This document shows, piece after piece, positions 28,233 through 37,126 of a DNA stretch of 64,000 nt. The notes below the pieces were generated by a model. The model saw only the letters and a program-made list of their open reading frames with translations. It had not been told where the DNA came from and did no database searches. The stretch spans positions 207,131 to 271,130 of the forward strand of contig CAVURN010000005.1 in assembly GCA_963743915.1 (NCBI GenBank). Direction: 5' to 3'. Source of the DNA: an uncultured Actinomycetota bacterium. GTDB lineage: Bacteria > Actinomycetota > Actinomycetes > JAHEKZ01. The stretch's first letter is position 1. Each line of letters begins with the position of its first letter. The position numbers and the translations under genes are program-made.

Positions 28233-28739
28233 TCAGACAGCCGCTCGACGCGCTGACGGAAGCTGGTCGCGCAGACGCAGGACCGCCTCGGTCGCGAGCA
28301 GCGCGACCGGACCGTCGACGTCCACGACCCCCTGCACGAGGGGTGCGATACCGGTCGCGATGGTCGCGGGGATCGGCTCGAGCGCGTTGGGGTCACAGTC
28401 GAGCAGGCCCGGCACCATGTCCGCGACGAGACCGACCTCGACGTCGTCCTCGGACAGCACGACGAGGCGGGCACTCGTGGGCATCGGCGACAGCGGTGCC
28501 CCCACAAGCGGCCGCAGGTCGACCACGGGCAGGACGCGCCCGCGCCAGTTCACGACGCCGGAGAGCCAAGCCGGGGCGCCGGGAACGCGGGTCACGACGG
28601 GGACCGGGACCACCTCGGCGACGCTGGCCATGTCCACGGCATAACGGGCTCCGGCGAAGCGCAGGATCACCCCGCCGATCGGCGCGACGTGCTCGTCGGC
28701 CTCGGCGGCGTCGGCAAGGCTGGTCGGTGCTGACTCCAC
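28233..28739 (-). CDS. cheW: CheW-like coupling protein
   Basis: The pattern RFAGARYAVDMASVAEVV...PGAPAWLSGVVNWRGRVLPVVDLRPL...VGLVADMV is typical of CheW. GTG 28739 was chosen because the upstream part of the ORF overlaps the FtsH-like gene in another frame. Confidence 0.75.
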   Translation of the reverse strand: MESAPTSLADAAEADEHVAPIGGVILRFAGARYAVDMASVAEVVPVPVVTRVPGAPAWLSGVVNWRGRVLPVVDLRPLVGAPLSPMPTSARLVVLSEDDVEVGLVADMVPGLLDCDPNALEPIPATIATGIAPLVQGVVDVDGPVALLATEAVLRLRDQLPSARRAAV

Positions 28740-28783
28740 GGACAGACCATCGGCCGTCCGGGTGACGACCTGAAGTGCCGAGA

Positions 28784-30787
28784 TCAGGAGCGCGCGGGGG
28801 CCTTCCCGGGCTCCCGGAGGTCGATCACCTGATCCGTCGAGGCCCCCTGGGCCTCGAGGAGGATGTCCGTGATCTCCCGGCCGATCAGCTCCTCGCGCTC
28901 GAGCAGGGCGTCGCGGAGGGCCTCGACGAGGTGGGTGTTCTCCTCGAGGAGCGCCTTGACGACGACCTTTTGCTCCTGGAGGAGGTCCTCGACAGCGGCT
29001 CGGCCGGATCCGTCGGCCAGCACGCGTCCGACGATGTTGCTGTCGTTGAAGGCGCTGTTCTGCACCGCCGCGAACGAGATCAGCGAGTCGAGCATCCCGC
29101 ACGAGCCCACCATCTCGGCTGCGACGTTCGTGGCATACAGGAGGTCTCCCCCCGGGCCGGTCGACACGTCACCGAAGAAGATCTCCTCCGAGCACTGACC
29201 GCCGAGGGCGATCTGGATGAGGGCCAGCATCTCGGAGCGTGACCTCGTGTAGACCTCTTCGGCGTCACCGTGCGCCAACATGCCGAGCGCCGAACGCCGC
29301 TTGACGATGGTGAGGACCTCCAGGCGGCGCTCCGGCGCCACCAGGAAGGCAGCCGTCGCATGGCCGGCCTCATGAGTGGCGATGAGCCGTCGTTCGTGGT
29401 CGGTGTAGGACACGGGCTGCCCCATGCCGACCTCTTCGACCAGCCGCGCCCGCTCGACGTCCTTCCACGTCATCGCCGAGTCACCCCGGCGAACCGCGTT
29501 CACCAGCGCCTCGTCGAGCAGGTGCTCGATCATCACCGGCGTGTACCCCTGGGTGGCACCGGCGAGCGAGTCCCGCCTGTCGTCGTCGTCCAGCTCCGCG
29601 TTGTGCGACTTGAGGGCCAGGTAGTGGTCGATGATCTCGCGGCGCCCGTTCTTGGTGGGCAGCTCGAAGGTGAGCCGGCGGTCGAAACGTCCAGGACGCA
29701 GGAGCGCGGGGTCGAGGTTGTCCGCGCGGTTGGTCGCGGCGATGAGCAGGATGTTGGTCGGCGGCGGCTCCGGACGCTGCATCTGCCGGTGAGCGGGCAG
29801 GTACAGGTTGGCCCTGTCCACCACCTTGGTCATCAGCTTCTGCCAGCCGGTCGGCTCGTCGAACGACTGCATCTGCACGAGCAGCTCGTTGACCACACCA
29901 CCCACGCCCTCGCTCACCACCGACGCGTTGGTCACCAGCCCGGCCGGCGTCCCGTAGCTGGAAGGCAGCGACGTCAGGCCCCCGCACGCCTGGATGCCGA
30001 GCGACGCCAGCGACTGCGGCATCGAGGTCGCCGACAGACCCCCTCGGGCCATCGCGATGGCGTCGATCTCCTCGATGAAGCCGATCGCACCACCTTCCGA
30101 TCGGGCCACCTTGCGCAGCTGCTTGAAGTACGAGCGGATCTTCCGGGCGGTCGCCCCGTAGTACATCGACTGGAAGGACGTGGCGGACACGAACATGAAG
30201 GGCACGCCGGCCTCGCGAGCCATGGCCTTGGCGAGGAAGGTCTTGCCGGTGCCGGGGGCCCCTTCGAAGAGGAGTCCCCGCCGCGGCGTCCCGCCCATGT
30301 CGTTGGCGAAGGTGCGGTGGGCCAGGAACAGGTTGAGCGAGCGGACGACCTCCTCCTTGACCGGATCGATGCCCTTGACGTCGTCCAGCCGGGTGGCGAT
30401 CTGCTCGGGCCGGTACAGGACGTGTGGCGAGCGGCCCGCGCCGACCGTGGTTCCGACCAGGATCAGCAGCAGCGCACCGAAGAAGAGGATGGGAACGAGC
30501 AGGTACGCGTCGATGCTCGGCAGGCCCCAGCCCACCGGGTCGCCGGTGACGATCCGGTACCACAGGTAGGCGGCGGGGATCCCGAGCATCACCGCGAGGC
30601 TGCGCAGGCGGCGGCGACGGCGCTGCTCACGGGTGGCACCGACGTCGGCGTCGCGTGCGGTCAGCACCGTGGCGCTTCCCAGGCCCGTCGGCTTCTCCAC
30701 CAGCTGATCACGCTCGGTGTCGGACACCGCGCCTCCTTCGCCCCTGCGCCCGGCCCCGCCATCACCGAGCGTCACGATGGTGCCCAC
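28784..30787 (-). CDS. FtsH-like AAA+ zinc metalloprotease paralog
   Basis: Walker A GAPGTGKT, Walker B GFIEEID, and M41 zinc site HEAGHA. The two N-terminal TM helices are separated by only a short loop. An extra segment follows Walker B. The start is uncertain. Confidence 0.8.
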   Translation of the reverse strand: MGTIVTLGDGGAGRRGEGGAVSDTERDQLVEKPTGLGSATVLTARDADVGATREQRRRRRLRSLAVMLGIPAAYLWYRIVTGDPVGWGLPSIDAYLLVPILFFGALLLILVGTTVGAGRSPHVLYRPEQIATRLDDVKGIDPVKEEVVRSLNLFLAHRTFANDMGGTPRRGLLFEGAPGTGKTFLAKAMAREAGVPFMFVSATSFQSMYYGATARKIRSYFKQLRKVARSEGGAIGFIEEIDAIAMARGGLSATSMPQSLASLGIQACGGLTSLPSSYGTPAGLVTNASVVSEGVGGVVNELLVQMQSFDEPTGWQKLMTKVVDRANLYLPAHRQMQRPEPPPTNILLIAATNRADNLDPALLRPGRFDRRLTFELPTKNGRREIIDHYLALKSHNAELDDDDRRDSLAGATQGYTPVMIEHLLDEALVNAVRRGDSAMTWKDVERARLVEEVGMGQPVSYTDHERRLIATHEAGHATAAFLVAPERRLEVLTIVKRRSALGMLAHGDAEEVYTRSRSEMLALIQIALGGQCSEEIFFGDVSTGPGGDLLYATNVAAEMVGSCGMLDSLISFAAVQNSAFNDSNIVGRVLADGSGRAAVEDLLQEQKVVVKALLEENTHLVEALRDALLEREELIGREITDILLEAQGASTDQVIDLREPGKAPARS

Positions 30788-30831
30788 TCTCCCCCAGCGT
30801 CAGCGAGCGCGACAGTGGGCGGAAGGGGGCG

Positions 30832-31746
30832 TCACCCGGTCGGCGTAAGGCCGGCGAACAGGTCGTGCTCGAGGCCGTCGTCACCGGTCGGCCCCAAGGT
30901 GCCGCGGGCCAGCCGGAAGTACTCCACGCCCATGGCTTCCGGACCGGCGAGCTCGGACAGCCGGAAGAAGTCGTTCTCGGTCCCCACCTGACTGAGATGT
31001 TCCCGAAGGGCGGCGATCTTGACCGGCTCGTGCTCCAGCGCTCGCACTCGGGTGGTGACCCACACGTCGTCCAGTGCCCAGTCGAGCTCCTGGCCCTCTT
31101 CGAGTCCGAAGAAGCCCTGACCCCCGGCGGCGACGAAGGCGTCGATGCCCTGCTGAACGGCGGACTGGGGCAGCGCCGTCCAGTACAGCTTGGACACCTC
31201 CCACGCGTCACCCAGCTCGGGGCGGAACGACGGGACCGCCGCCAGCAGCAACGCGTAGCTGGTCACCCGGTGTGCCTGGATGTGGTCCGGGTGGCCGTAC
31301 TGACCGAAGTCGTCGTAGGTGACGACCACCTGGGGCCGCACGCGCCGGATCGTGCTCACCAGGTGCGTCGCCGCCTCGAGCAGGTCGGCCTGCCAGAAGC
31401 AGTCGGGGCGGTCGTTGGTGGGCAGACCCATCATTCCCGAGTCGCGGTAGCGCCCGGGGCCTCCGAGGTACTCGTGGTCGGTGACGCCGAGAGCGGCCAG
31501 CGCCGAAGCCAGCTCGACGCGGCGGTGCCCACCCAGCTCGTCCCGTTCGTGCGCGGCCAGATGCCCCAGCTCGGGGACGAGGACCTCGCCCTCTTCACCC
31601 AGGGTGCAGGTGACCAGCGCCACGTGGGCTCCCTCGGTGACGTACTTCGCCATCGTCACACCGGTTCCGATGGTCTCGTCGTCCGGATGCGCGTGGACGA
31701 GGAGCAGGCGGCGGTCGGCGGTCGGCACCGACGGGGAGGAAGACAT
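30832..31746 (-). CDS. mshB: N-acetyl-1-D-myo-inosityl-2-amino-2-deoxy-alpha-D-glucopyranoside deacetylase (mycothiol biosynthesis)
   Basis: LLLVHAHPDDETIG, VTCTLGEEGEV, GGPGRYRDSGM and VVTYDDFGQYGHPDH closely track the MshB sequence as I recall it. Confidence 0.85.
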   Translation of the reverse strand: MSSSPSVPTADRRLLLVHAHPDDETIGTGVTMAKYVTEGAHVALVTCTLGEEGEVLVPELGHLAAHERDELGGHRRVELASALAALGVTDHEYLGGPGRYRDSGMMGLPTNDRPDCFWQADLLEAATHLVSTIRRVRPQVVVTYDDFGQYGHPDHIQAHRVTSYALLLAAVPSFRPELGDAWEVSKLYWTALPQSAVQQGIDAFVAAGGQGFFGLEEGQELDWALDDVWVTTRVRALEHEPVKIAALREHLSQVGTENDFFRLSELAGPEAMGVEYFRLARGTLGPTGDDGLEHDLFAGLTPTG

Positions 31747-31769
31747 GGAGCCGACTGTACGACTGCTGG

Positions 31770-33878
31770 TTGGATGGAGGAATGACGCACCCCGCTGGTG
31801 ACAGCTTCCCCCGCCAGAACGCCCGGACTCAGCGCTTCACGCTCGGTCGGCCGAGATCGTTCTCGGTGTCGGAGGACGGCAGCACCGTGCTGTTCGTGCG
31901 CTCCGCTTCAGGCTCGGACCGGAGTGGACGTCTGTGGCGCTGGACGGCTGCCGACGGCGAGGTCGAGCTCGTGGACCCCGGCACCCTGCTGTCCGGGGAC
32001 CACGAGCAGCTCAGCCCCGAGGAGCGGGCCCGACGTGAGCGGGCCCGCGAGGCCGCTGGGGGGATCGTGGCCTACACGGTGGACCGGTCCTTCGCCCGTG
32101 CTGCCTTCACTCTCTCCGGTCGGCTCTTCGTGACCGACATCGCCGACGGAAAGACGCAGGAGCTGCCCACCAGCTCTCCAGTGATCGACCCGCGGATCGA
32201 TCCCACCGGGCAGCGCCTCGCCTATGTCGCCGGAGGTCGCCTCTCCGTCGTCGAGCTCGCCGACGGCACGGCGCGCACCGTGACCCCCGAGGAGGGCTCG
32301 GACACGGTCAGCTGGGGCATGGCCGACTTCGTCGCAGCCGAGGAGCTCGACCGAAGTCGCGGGTTCTGGTGGTCTCCGGACGGCAGCCGGCTGCTCGTGC
32401 AGCGGACGGACGAGGCGGAGGTCACCACCTGGCACGTCAGCAACCCTGCCGACCCCACCGCGCCGGCGGTCCCGCACCGCTATCCCGCGGCCGGTTCCGC
32501 CAATGCCAGCGTCTCACTGTGGGTGGTACCTCTCGAAGGTGAGCCGGTTGCCGTCGACCTCCCGGACGGAGCCGAGTACGTCGCGACCGTCCACTGGGGC
32601 GAGGGCGGCCTGCCGATCGTGTCCGTCCTCGACCGGGCCCAGCAGCGCATGACCTGGCTGGCCGTCTTCCCGGACGACGGCAGCACCCGCGCGGTGCGCA
32701 CGGTCACCGACCCGGCGTGGGTCGACGTCGTCCCCGGGACGGGCTGCTGGGACGCCGACGGCCGCCTGCTGACCGTCGAGGTGCGGGACGGTGACTATGC
32801 ACTCTGCTCCGACGGGGAGCGTCGCAGCCCGGCTGGACTCCAGGTACGCGCCATCCTCGACGTCGGCGAGGACGTGCTCGTCCAGGCGTCGGCGGACCCG
32901 GGCGACCAGCAGGTGTGGCGGATGTCTGCGCACGGTGCCGAGATCCTCACCGCGGCACCCGGGTGGCATCTCGCGGCGCGGGGCGGCTCGACCGTCGTGA
33001 CGGTGGCCGCCACCCTCGAAGAGCCGCTGCCCGTCACCACGATCGACGATGGGGAGACGCAGCACCAGGTGGCGTCCTTCGCGGAGCTCCCGCTGCTCGA
33101 GCCACGCGTGACCTTGCTCCCCGCGCAACCCGACCAACCCCGCGTCGCCGTGGTGATGCCGACCGACTGGCAGCCGGGGAGCGGGAAGCTCCCCGTGCTG
33201 CTGGATCCGTACGGCGGCCCGCACTTCGCCAGCGTGATGCACCACCAAGGCGCCTTCCGCGAGAGCCAGTGGTTCGCCGACCAGGGCTTTGCGGTGGTGG
33301 TGGTCGATGGTCGAGGTACGCCAGGGACGCCGGCCTGGGAACGCGCCGTCCGGTACGACGTGGCCTCCGTCGTGCTCGAGGACCAGGTGACCGGCCTCCA
33401 CGCAGCTGCGCACGCGTTTCTGGACCTCGATCTCGACCGGGTGGCGATCCGGGGCTGGTCGTTCGGCGGGTACCTCGCGGCGATGGCCGTCATCGATCGG
33501 CCGGACGTGTTCCACGCCGCCGTCTCGGGCGCTCCGGTCACCGACTGGCGGCTCTACGACACGGGCTACACCGAGCGCTACCTCGGTCTGCCCGACGACA
33601 ACCCCGAGGTGTATGCGCGCACCGGTCTCCTCGAGCGCGCACCCGGCCTCTCCCGGCCGCTCCAGCTGATCCACGGGTTCGCCGACGACAACGTCTTCGT
33701 CGCGAACACCCTGAAGCTCTCACAGGCGCTCACCGAGCACGGGCGCCCGCACGAGGTCGTGCCGCTGACCGGCATCACGCACATGGCCACGCAGGAACAG
33801 GTGGCCGAGAACCTGATGCTGCTGCAGGTCGACTTCCTGCGCCGGGCGCTCAGCCTGCCGGGAGCCGCGTCAGGCTGA
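31770..33878 (+). CDS. S9 family peptidase (dipeptidyl-peptidase IV-like beta-propeller plus alpha/beta hydrolase)
   Basis: The C-terminal catalytic region has GWSFGGY (nucleophile Ser), DDNV and a His near the end. The start is ambiguous: TTG 31770 or ATG 31782. Confidence 0.8.
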   Translation: MDGGMTHPAGDSFPRQNARTQRFTLGRPRSFSVSEDGSTVLFVRSASGSDRSGRLWRWTAADGEVELVDPGTLLSGDHEQLSPEERARRERAREAAGGIVAYTVDRSFARAAFTLSGRLFVTDIADGKTQELPTSSPVIDPRIDPTGQRLAYVAGGRLSVVELADGTARTVTPEEGSDTVSWGMADFVAAEELDRSRGFWWSPDGSRLLVQRTDEAEVTTWHVSNPADPTAPAVPHRYPAAGSANASVSLWVVPLEGEPVAVDLPDGAEYVATVHWGEGGLPIVSVLDRAQQRMTWLAVFPDDGSTRAVRTVTDPAWVDVVPGTGCWDADGRLLTVEVRDGDYALCSDGERRSPAGLQVRAILDVGEDVLVQASADPGDQQVWRMSAHGAEILTAAPGWHLAARGGSTVVTVAATLEEPLPVTTIDDGETQHQVASFAELPLLEPRVTLLPAQPDQPRVAVVMPTDWQPGSGKLPVLLDPYGGPHFASVMHHQGAFRESQWFADQGFAVVVVDGRGTPGTPAWERAVRYDVASVVLEDQVTGLHAAAHAFLDLDLDRVAIRGWSFGGYLAAMAVIDRPDVFHAAVSGAPVTDWRLYDTGYTERYLGLPDDNPEVYARTGLLERAPGLSRPLQLIHGFADDNVFVANTLKLSQALTEHGRPHEVVPLTGITHMATQEQVAENLMLLQVDFLRRALSLPGAASG

Positions 33879-34922
33879 CGGGTCGGCGATCAGGGAAGCG
33901 TCGCCAGCCTCTTCGCCCTGGATGACCGCCACGGTCTCCGGCTCCACCGGGAAGTGGCAGGCGACCTGGTGGCTCGGCGCCATCTCGCGCAGCACCGGCT
34001 TCTCCTGAGCACAGAGATCCTGCGCCCGGGGGCACCGGGTACGGAACACGCAGCCGCTCGGCGGGTCGATCGGGCTCGGCAGGTCACCCTCGAGCAGGAT
34101 TCGCTTCCGCCTGCGCTCGAGGTTCGGGTCCGGCACAGGGACAGCCGACAGCAGAGCGACCGTGTACGGGTGCCGCGGGTTGGCGTAGAGCTGGTCGGCG
34201 GGCGTGTACTCGACGATGTTGCCGAGGTACATGACGGCGACGCGGTCGGAGATGTGCCGGACCACCGACAGGTCGTGGGCGATGAACAGGTAGGCGATGC
34301 CGAACTCGTTCTGCACGTCCTCGAGCAGGTTGACCACCTGCGCCTGGATCGACACGTCGAGCGCCGAGACCGGCTCGTCGCACACGATCAGCTTCGGCTG
34401 CAGGGCGACGGCGCGCGCGACACCGATCCGCTGACGCTGGCCGCCGGAGAACTCGTTGGGATACCGGTTGTAGTGCTCCGGGTTCAGGCCCACCCGCTCC
34501 ATGAGCTCCTGGACGGTCCGCCGTAGACCGCCTTCGGGCTCGATGCCCTGGATCTTGAACGGCGCGCTGATGATGGTGCCGACGGTGTGCCGCGGGTTCA
34601 GCGACGAGTACGGGTCCTGGAAGATCATCTGCATCTCGCGACGCAGCGGAACGAGCTCGCGCCGGGACATGTGGGTGATGTCGCGGCCCATGAACTCGAC
34701 GGTGCCGCCGGTGGGCTGCAGCAGGCGGAGCATCGCGCGTCCGGCCGTCGACTTGCCCGACCCGCTCTCCCCGACGAGTCCGAGGGTCTCACCGGCGTGG
34801 ATCTCGAGGTCGATCCCGTCGACCGCCTTCACCTCACCGATGGTGCGCTTGAACACCACACCCTTCGTCACGGGGAAATGCATGTGCAGACCCCGAGCCT
34901 GCATCACCGGCGCGTCACTCAT
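33870..34922 (-). CDS. Peptide ABC transporter ATP-binding protein (OppF/DppF type)
   Basis: Walker A GESGSGKST, signature FSGGQRQR, Walker B LIVCDEP, and a C-terminal oligopeptide-type extension. Confidence 0.85.
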   Translation of the reverse strand: MSDAPVMQARGLHMHFPVTKGVVFKRTIGEVKAVDGIDLEIHAGETLGLVGESGSGKSTAGRAMLRLLQPTGGTVEFMGRDITHMSRRELVPLRREMQMIFQDPYSSLNPRHTVGTIISAPFKIQGIEPEGGLRRTVQELMERVGLNPEHYNRYPNEFSGGQRQRIGVARAVALQPKLIVCDEPVSALDVSIQAQVVNLLEDVQNEFGIAYLFIAHDLSVVRHISDRVAVMYLGNIVEYTPADQLYANPRHPYTVALLSAVPVPDPNLERRRKRILLEGDLPSPIDPPSGCVFRTRCPRAQDLCAQEKPVLREMAPSHQVACHFPVEPETVAVIQGEEAGDASLIADPSA

Positions 34923-35962
34923 CCGGTCCTCCCCCCGCCGTCAGGACACCCAGCCGTTCCTGGGCGATCTCCCGCCTGCGCTCGGGCGGCAGGTGACAGC
35001 GGACCTCGTGCCCCGGGACCGTCTCGACCATGCGAGGGCGGACGTCCAGGCAGGCGTTGTCCGGCACCTCGTCCTTGTAGGGACAGCGGGGGCGGAAGAC
35101 ACAGCCGGCGGGCAGGTTGATGAGCGACGGAGGCTGGCCGGGGATCGGGTCGAGCCGTGCCGTCCGCGGCTGGTCCATGCGCGGCATGGAGGCCAGCAGC
35201 CCCAGGGTGTACGGCATCTCCGGCCGGTAGTAGACCTCGTCGACGGTGCCTCGCTCGACCAGCCGGCCCCCGTACATCACGGCCACCTGGTCGGCGACCT
35301 CGGCCACCACGCCGAGGTCGTGGGTGATGACGATCAACGCGGTGTGGAACTCCTGCTGCAGGCTCTTGATCAGCTCGAGGATCTGCGCCTGCACGGTGAC
35401 GTCGAGTGCCGTGGTGGGCTCGTCGGCGATCAGCAGGTCCGGTGAGTTGATGAGCGCCATCCCGATCATCACCCGCTGCCGCATGCCGCCCGACAACTGG
35501 TGCGGGTAGTCGTCGATGCGGCGGTCGGCGCTCGGGATGCCGACCTTGTCGAGCATGTCGATGGCCTGGGCCCGAGCGTCCTGCTTGGAGATGTCCTGGT
35601 GCACCCTGATCGCCTCGACCAGCTGCTTGCCGATCCGGTAGAAGGGGTGGAGCGACGAGAGCGGGTCCTGGAAGATCATCGCCATCTCACGGCCGCGCAG
35701 CGACCGCAGGGCCTCATCGCTCTCGGCCACCAGATCGATGCCGTTGATGGTCACCGATCCGCTGACCGAGGCAGCCTTGCGGTTGATGAGCCCCAGGATG
35801 GCCTGACTGGTCACACTCTTGCCAGACCCGGATTCCCCGACGATGGCAAGGGTCTGACCACGCTCGAGGTCGAAGTTGACGCCGTCAACTGCACGGACGA
35901 TCCCGTCCTCGGTCGGAAACTCGACGACCAGGTTGCGGACTGACGAGGTAGGGATCCGTCAC
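34915..35962 (-). pseudogene. Peptide ABC transporter ATP-binding protein (OppD/DppD type) with a 1-nt frameshift near the 5' end
   Basis: VRNLVVEFPTEDG...GESGSGKS lies upstream of the first in-frame start. GTG 35962 (GTGA overlap with the permease stop) is one base out of frame, with the shift near 35941. The feature length is 3n+1. Confidence 0.65.
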
Positions 35963-37018
35963 GTCAGCCTCACCCGGGGGTCGATGGCCGCATACAGGAT
36001 GTCGACGATGAGGTTGGCGATCAGCACGATGACCGAGGTCGACGATCACCACGCCGATGATGAGCTGCAGGTCGGAGTCGCTGATGGCATCGATGGTGGC
36101 ACGACCCAGGCCCGGCAGCGCGAAGACCTGCTCGACGATCACCGCACCTCCGAGCAGGAAGGCAAGATCCAGCCCAGCGGCCGTGACGATCGGGGTGAGA
36201 CCGGCTCGCAAACCGTGCTTGAAGATGACCGTCCGCTCGGGCAGCCCCTTCGAGCGCGCGGTGCGGATGTAGTCCTCCCCCAGCGTCTCGAGCATCTGGT
36301 TGCGCGTGAGCCGTGCGTAGAAGGCGGCATACAGCATGGCCAAGGTGATCCAGGGCAGGATCAGCGCCTCGAACCACCCCCAGGGATTCTCGCTGAGGGG
36401 CACCCACTCCGGATAGGGCAAGGGTTGCCACCCATCGAAAAGCTTCGGGGGCAGGAAGACGACGAAGTAGAGCAGCACCAGCCCGATGAAGAACGAGGGG
36501 AACGAGTACCCGATGAGCGCTGCGCCCATCGTGGTGCGATCCTGCCAGCGCCCACGCCGCAGGGCGGCGTAGATGCCCATCAGGATGCCGACCACGAGGA
36601 AGAGCACGAAGGCTCCGAGCGCCACGCTGATCGTGATCGGCATCGCCTTCACGATGATGCTGGTGACGTCGTCCCCGGTTCGGAAGGAGTAGCCCAGGCA
36701 GGGCGCGGGACACTCGAACTGGCCGTCCTGCGGCTGCAGGGAGTCGTCGAAGGCAGGACAGGCCATGATCGGGCCGTCCGCCGGGTAGAAGCGACCGCAC
36801 GGAATCCCCACGGCGTAGCGGGCAAGCTGCGACCCCATGCTCTCGTCCAGACCAAGACGCTCTCGGATCACCTCGATCTGCTGCGGCTCGCAGTTCTTGC
36901 CGCACGAGAGAGCAGCCGGATCGGCCGGCAGGGCCGAGAACATCACGAACGTGGTGGCCACCAGCGCCACCAGCATGAAGAACACCGCGATCAGGCGGCG
37001 GACGATGAACGCACCCAC
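35959..37018 (-). pseudogene. Peptide ABC transporter permease (DppB/OppB type) with a 1-nt frameshift near the 3' end
   Basis: The canonical tail ..TSVIVLIANLIVDILYAAIDPRVRLT-stop is present but one base out of frame, with the shift near 36040. The feature length is 3n+1. Confidence 0.65.
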
Positions 37019-37126
37019 GCCAGTGAGCTCCTATGCGGACAAGCGACCGACTCGCGGTCGCGCGGAGGGTTGGGGTGTGACGAGGAGGTGGGGTTCCCGG
37101 CTGGCCGGGAACCCCACCTCGTCAGA

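Noticed and set aside
28740-29102. N-terminal 121-codon extension of the cheW ORF (ORF 28233-29102).
   Set aside because: It overlaps the 3' end of the FtsH-like gene in another frame and is Arg/Pro/Gly-rich without CheW similarity. The internal GTG at 28739 gives a normal 168-aa CheW.
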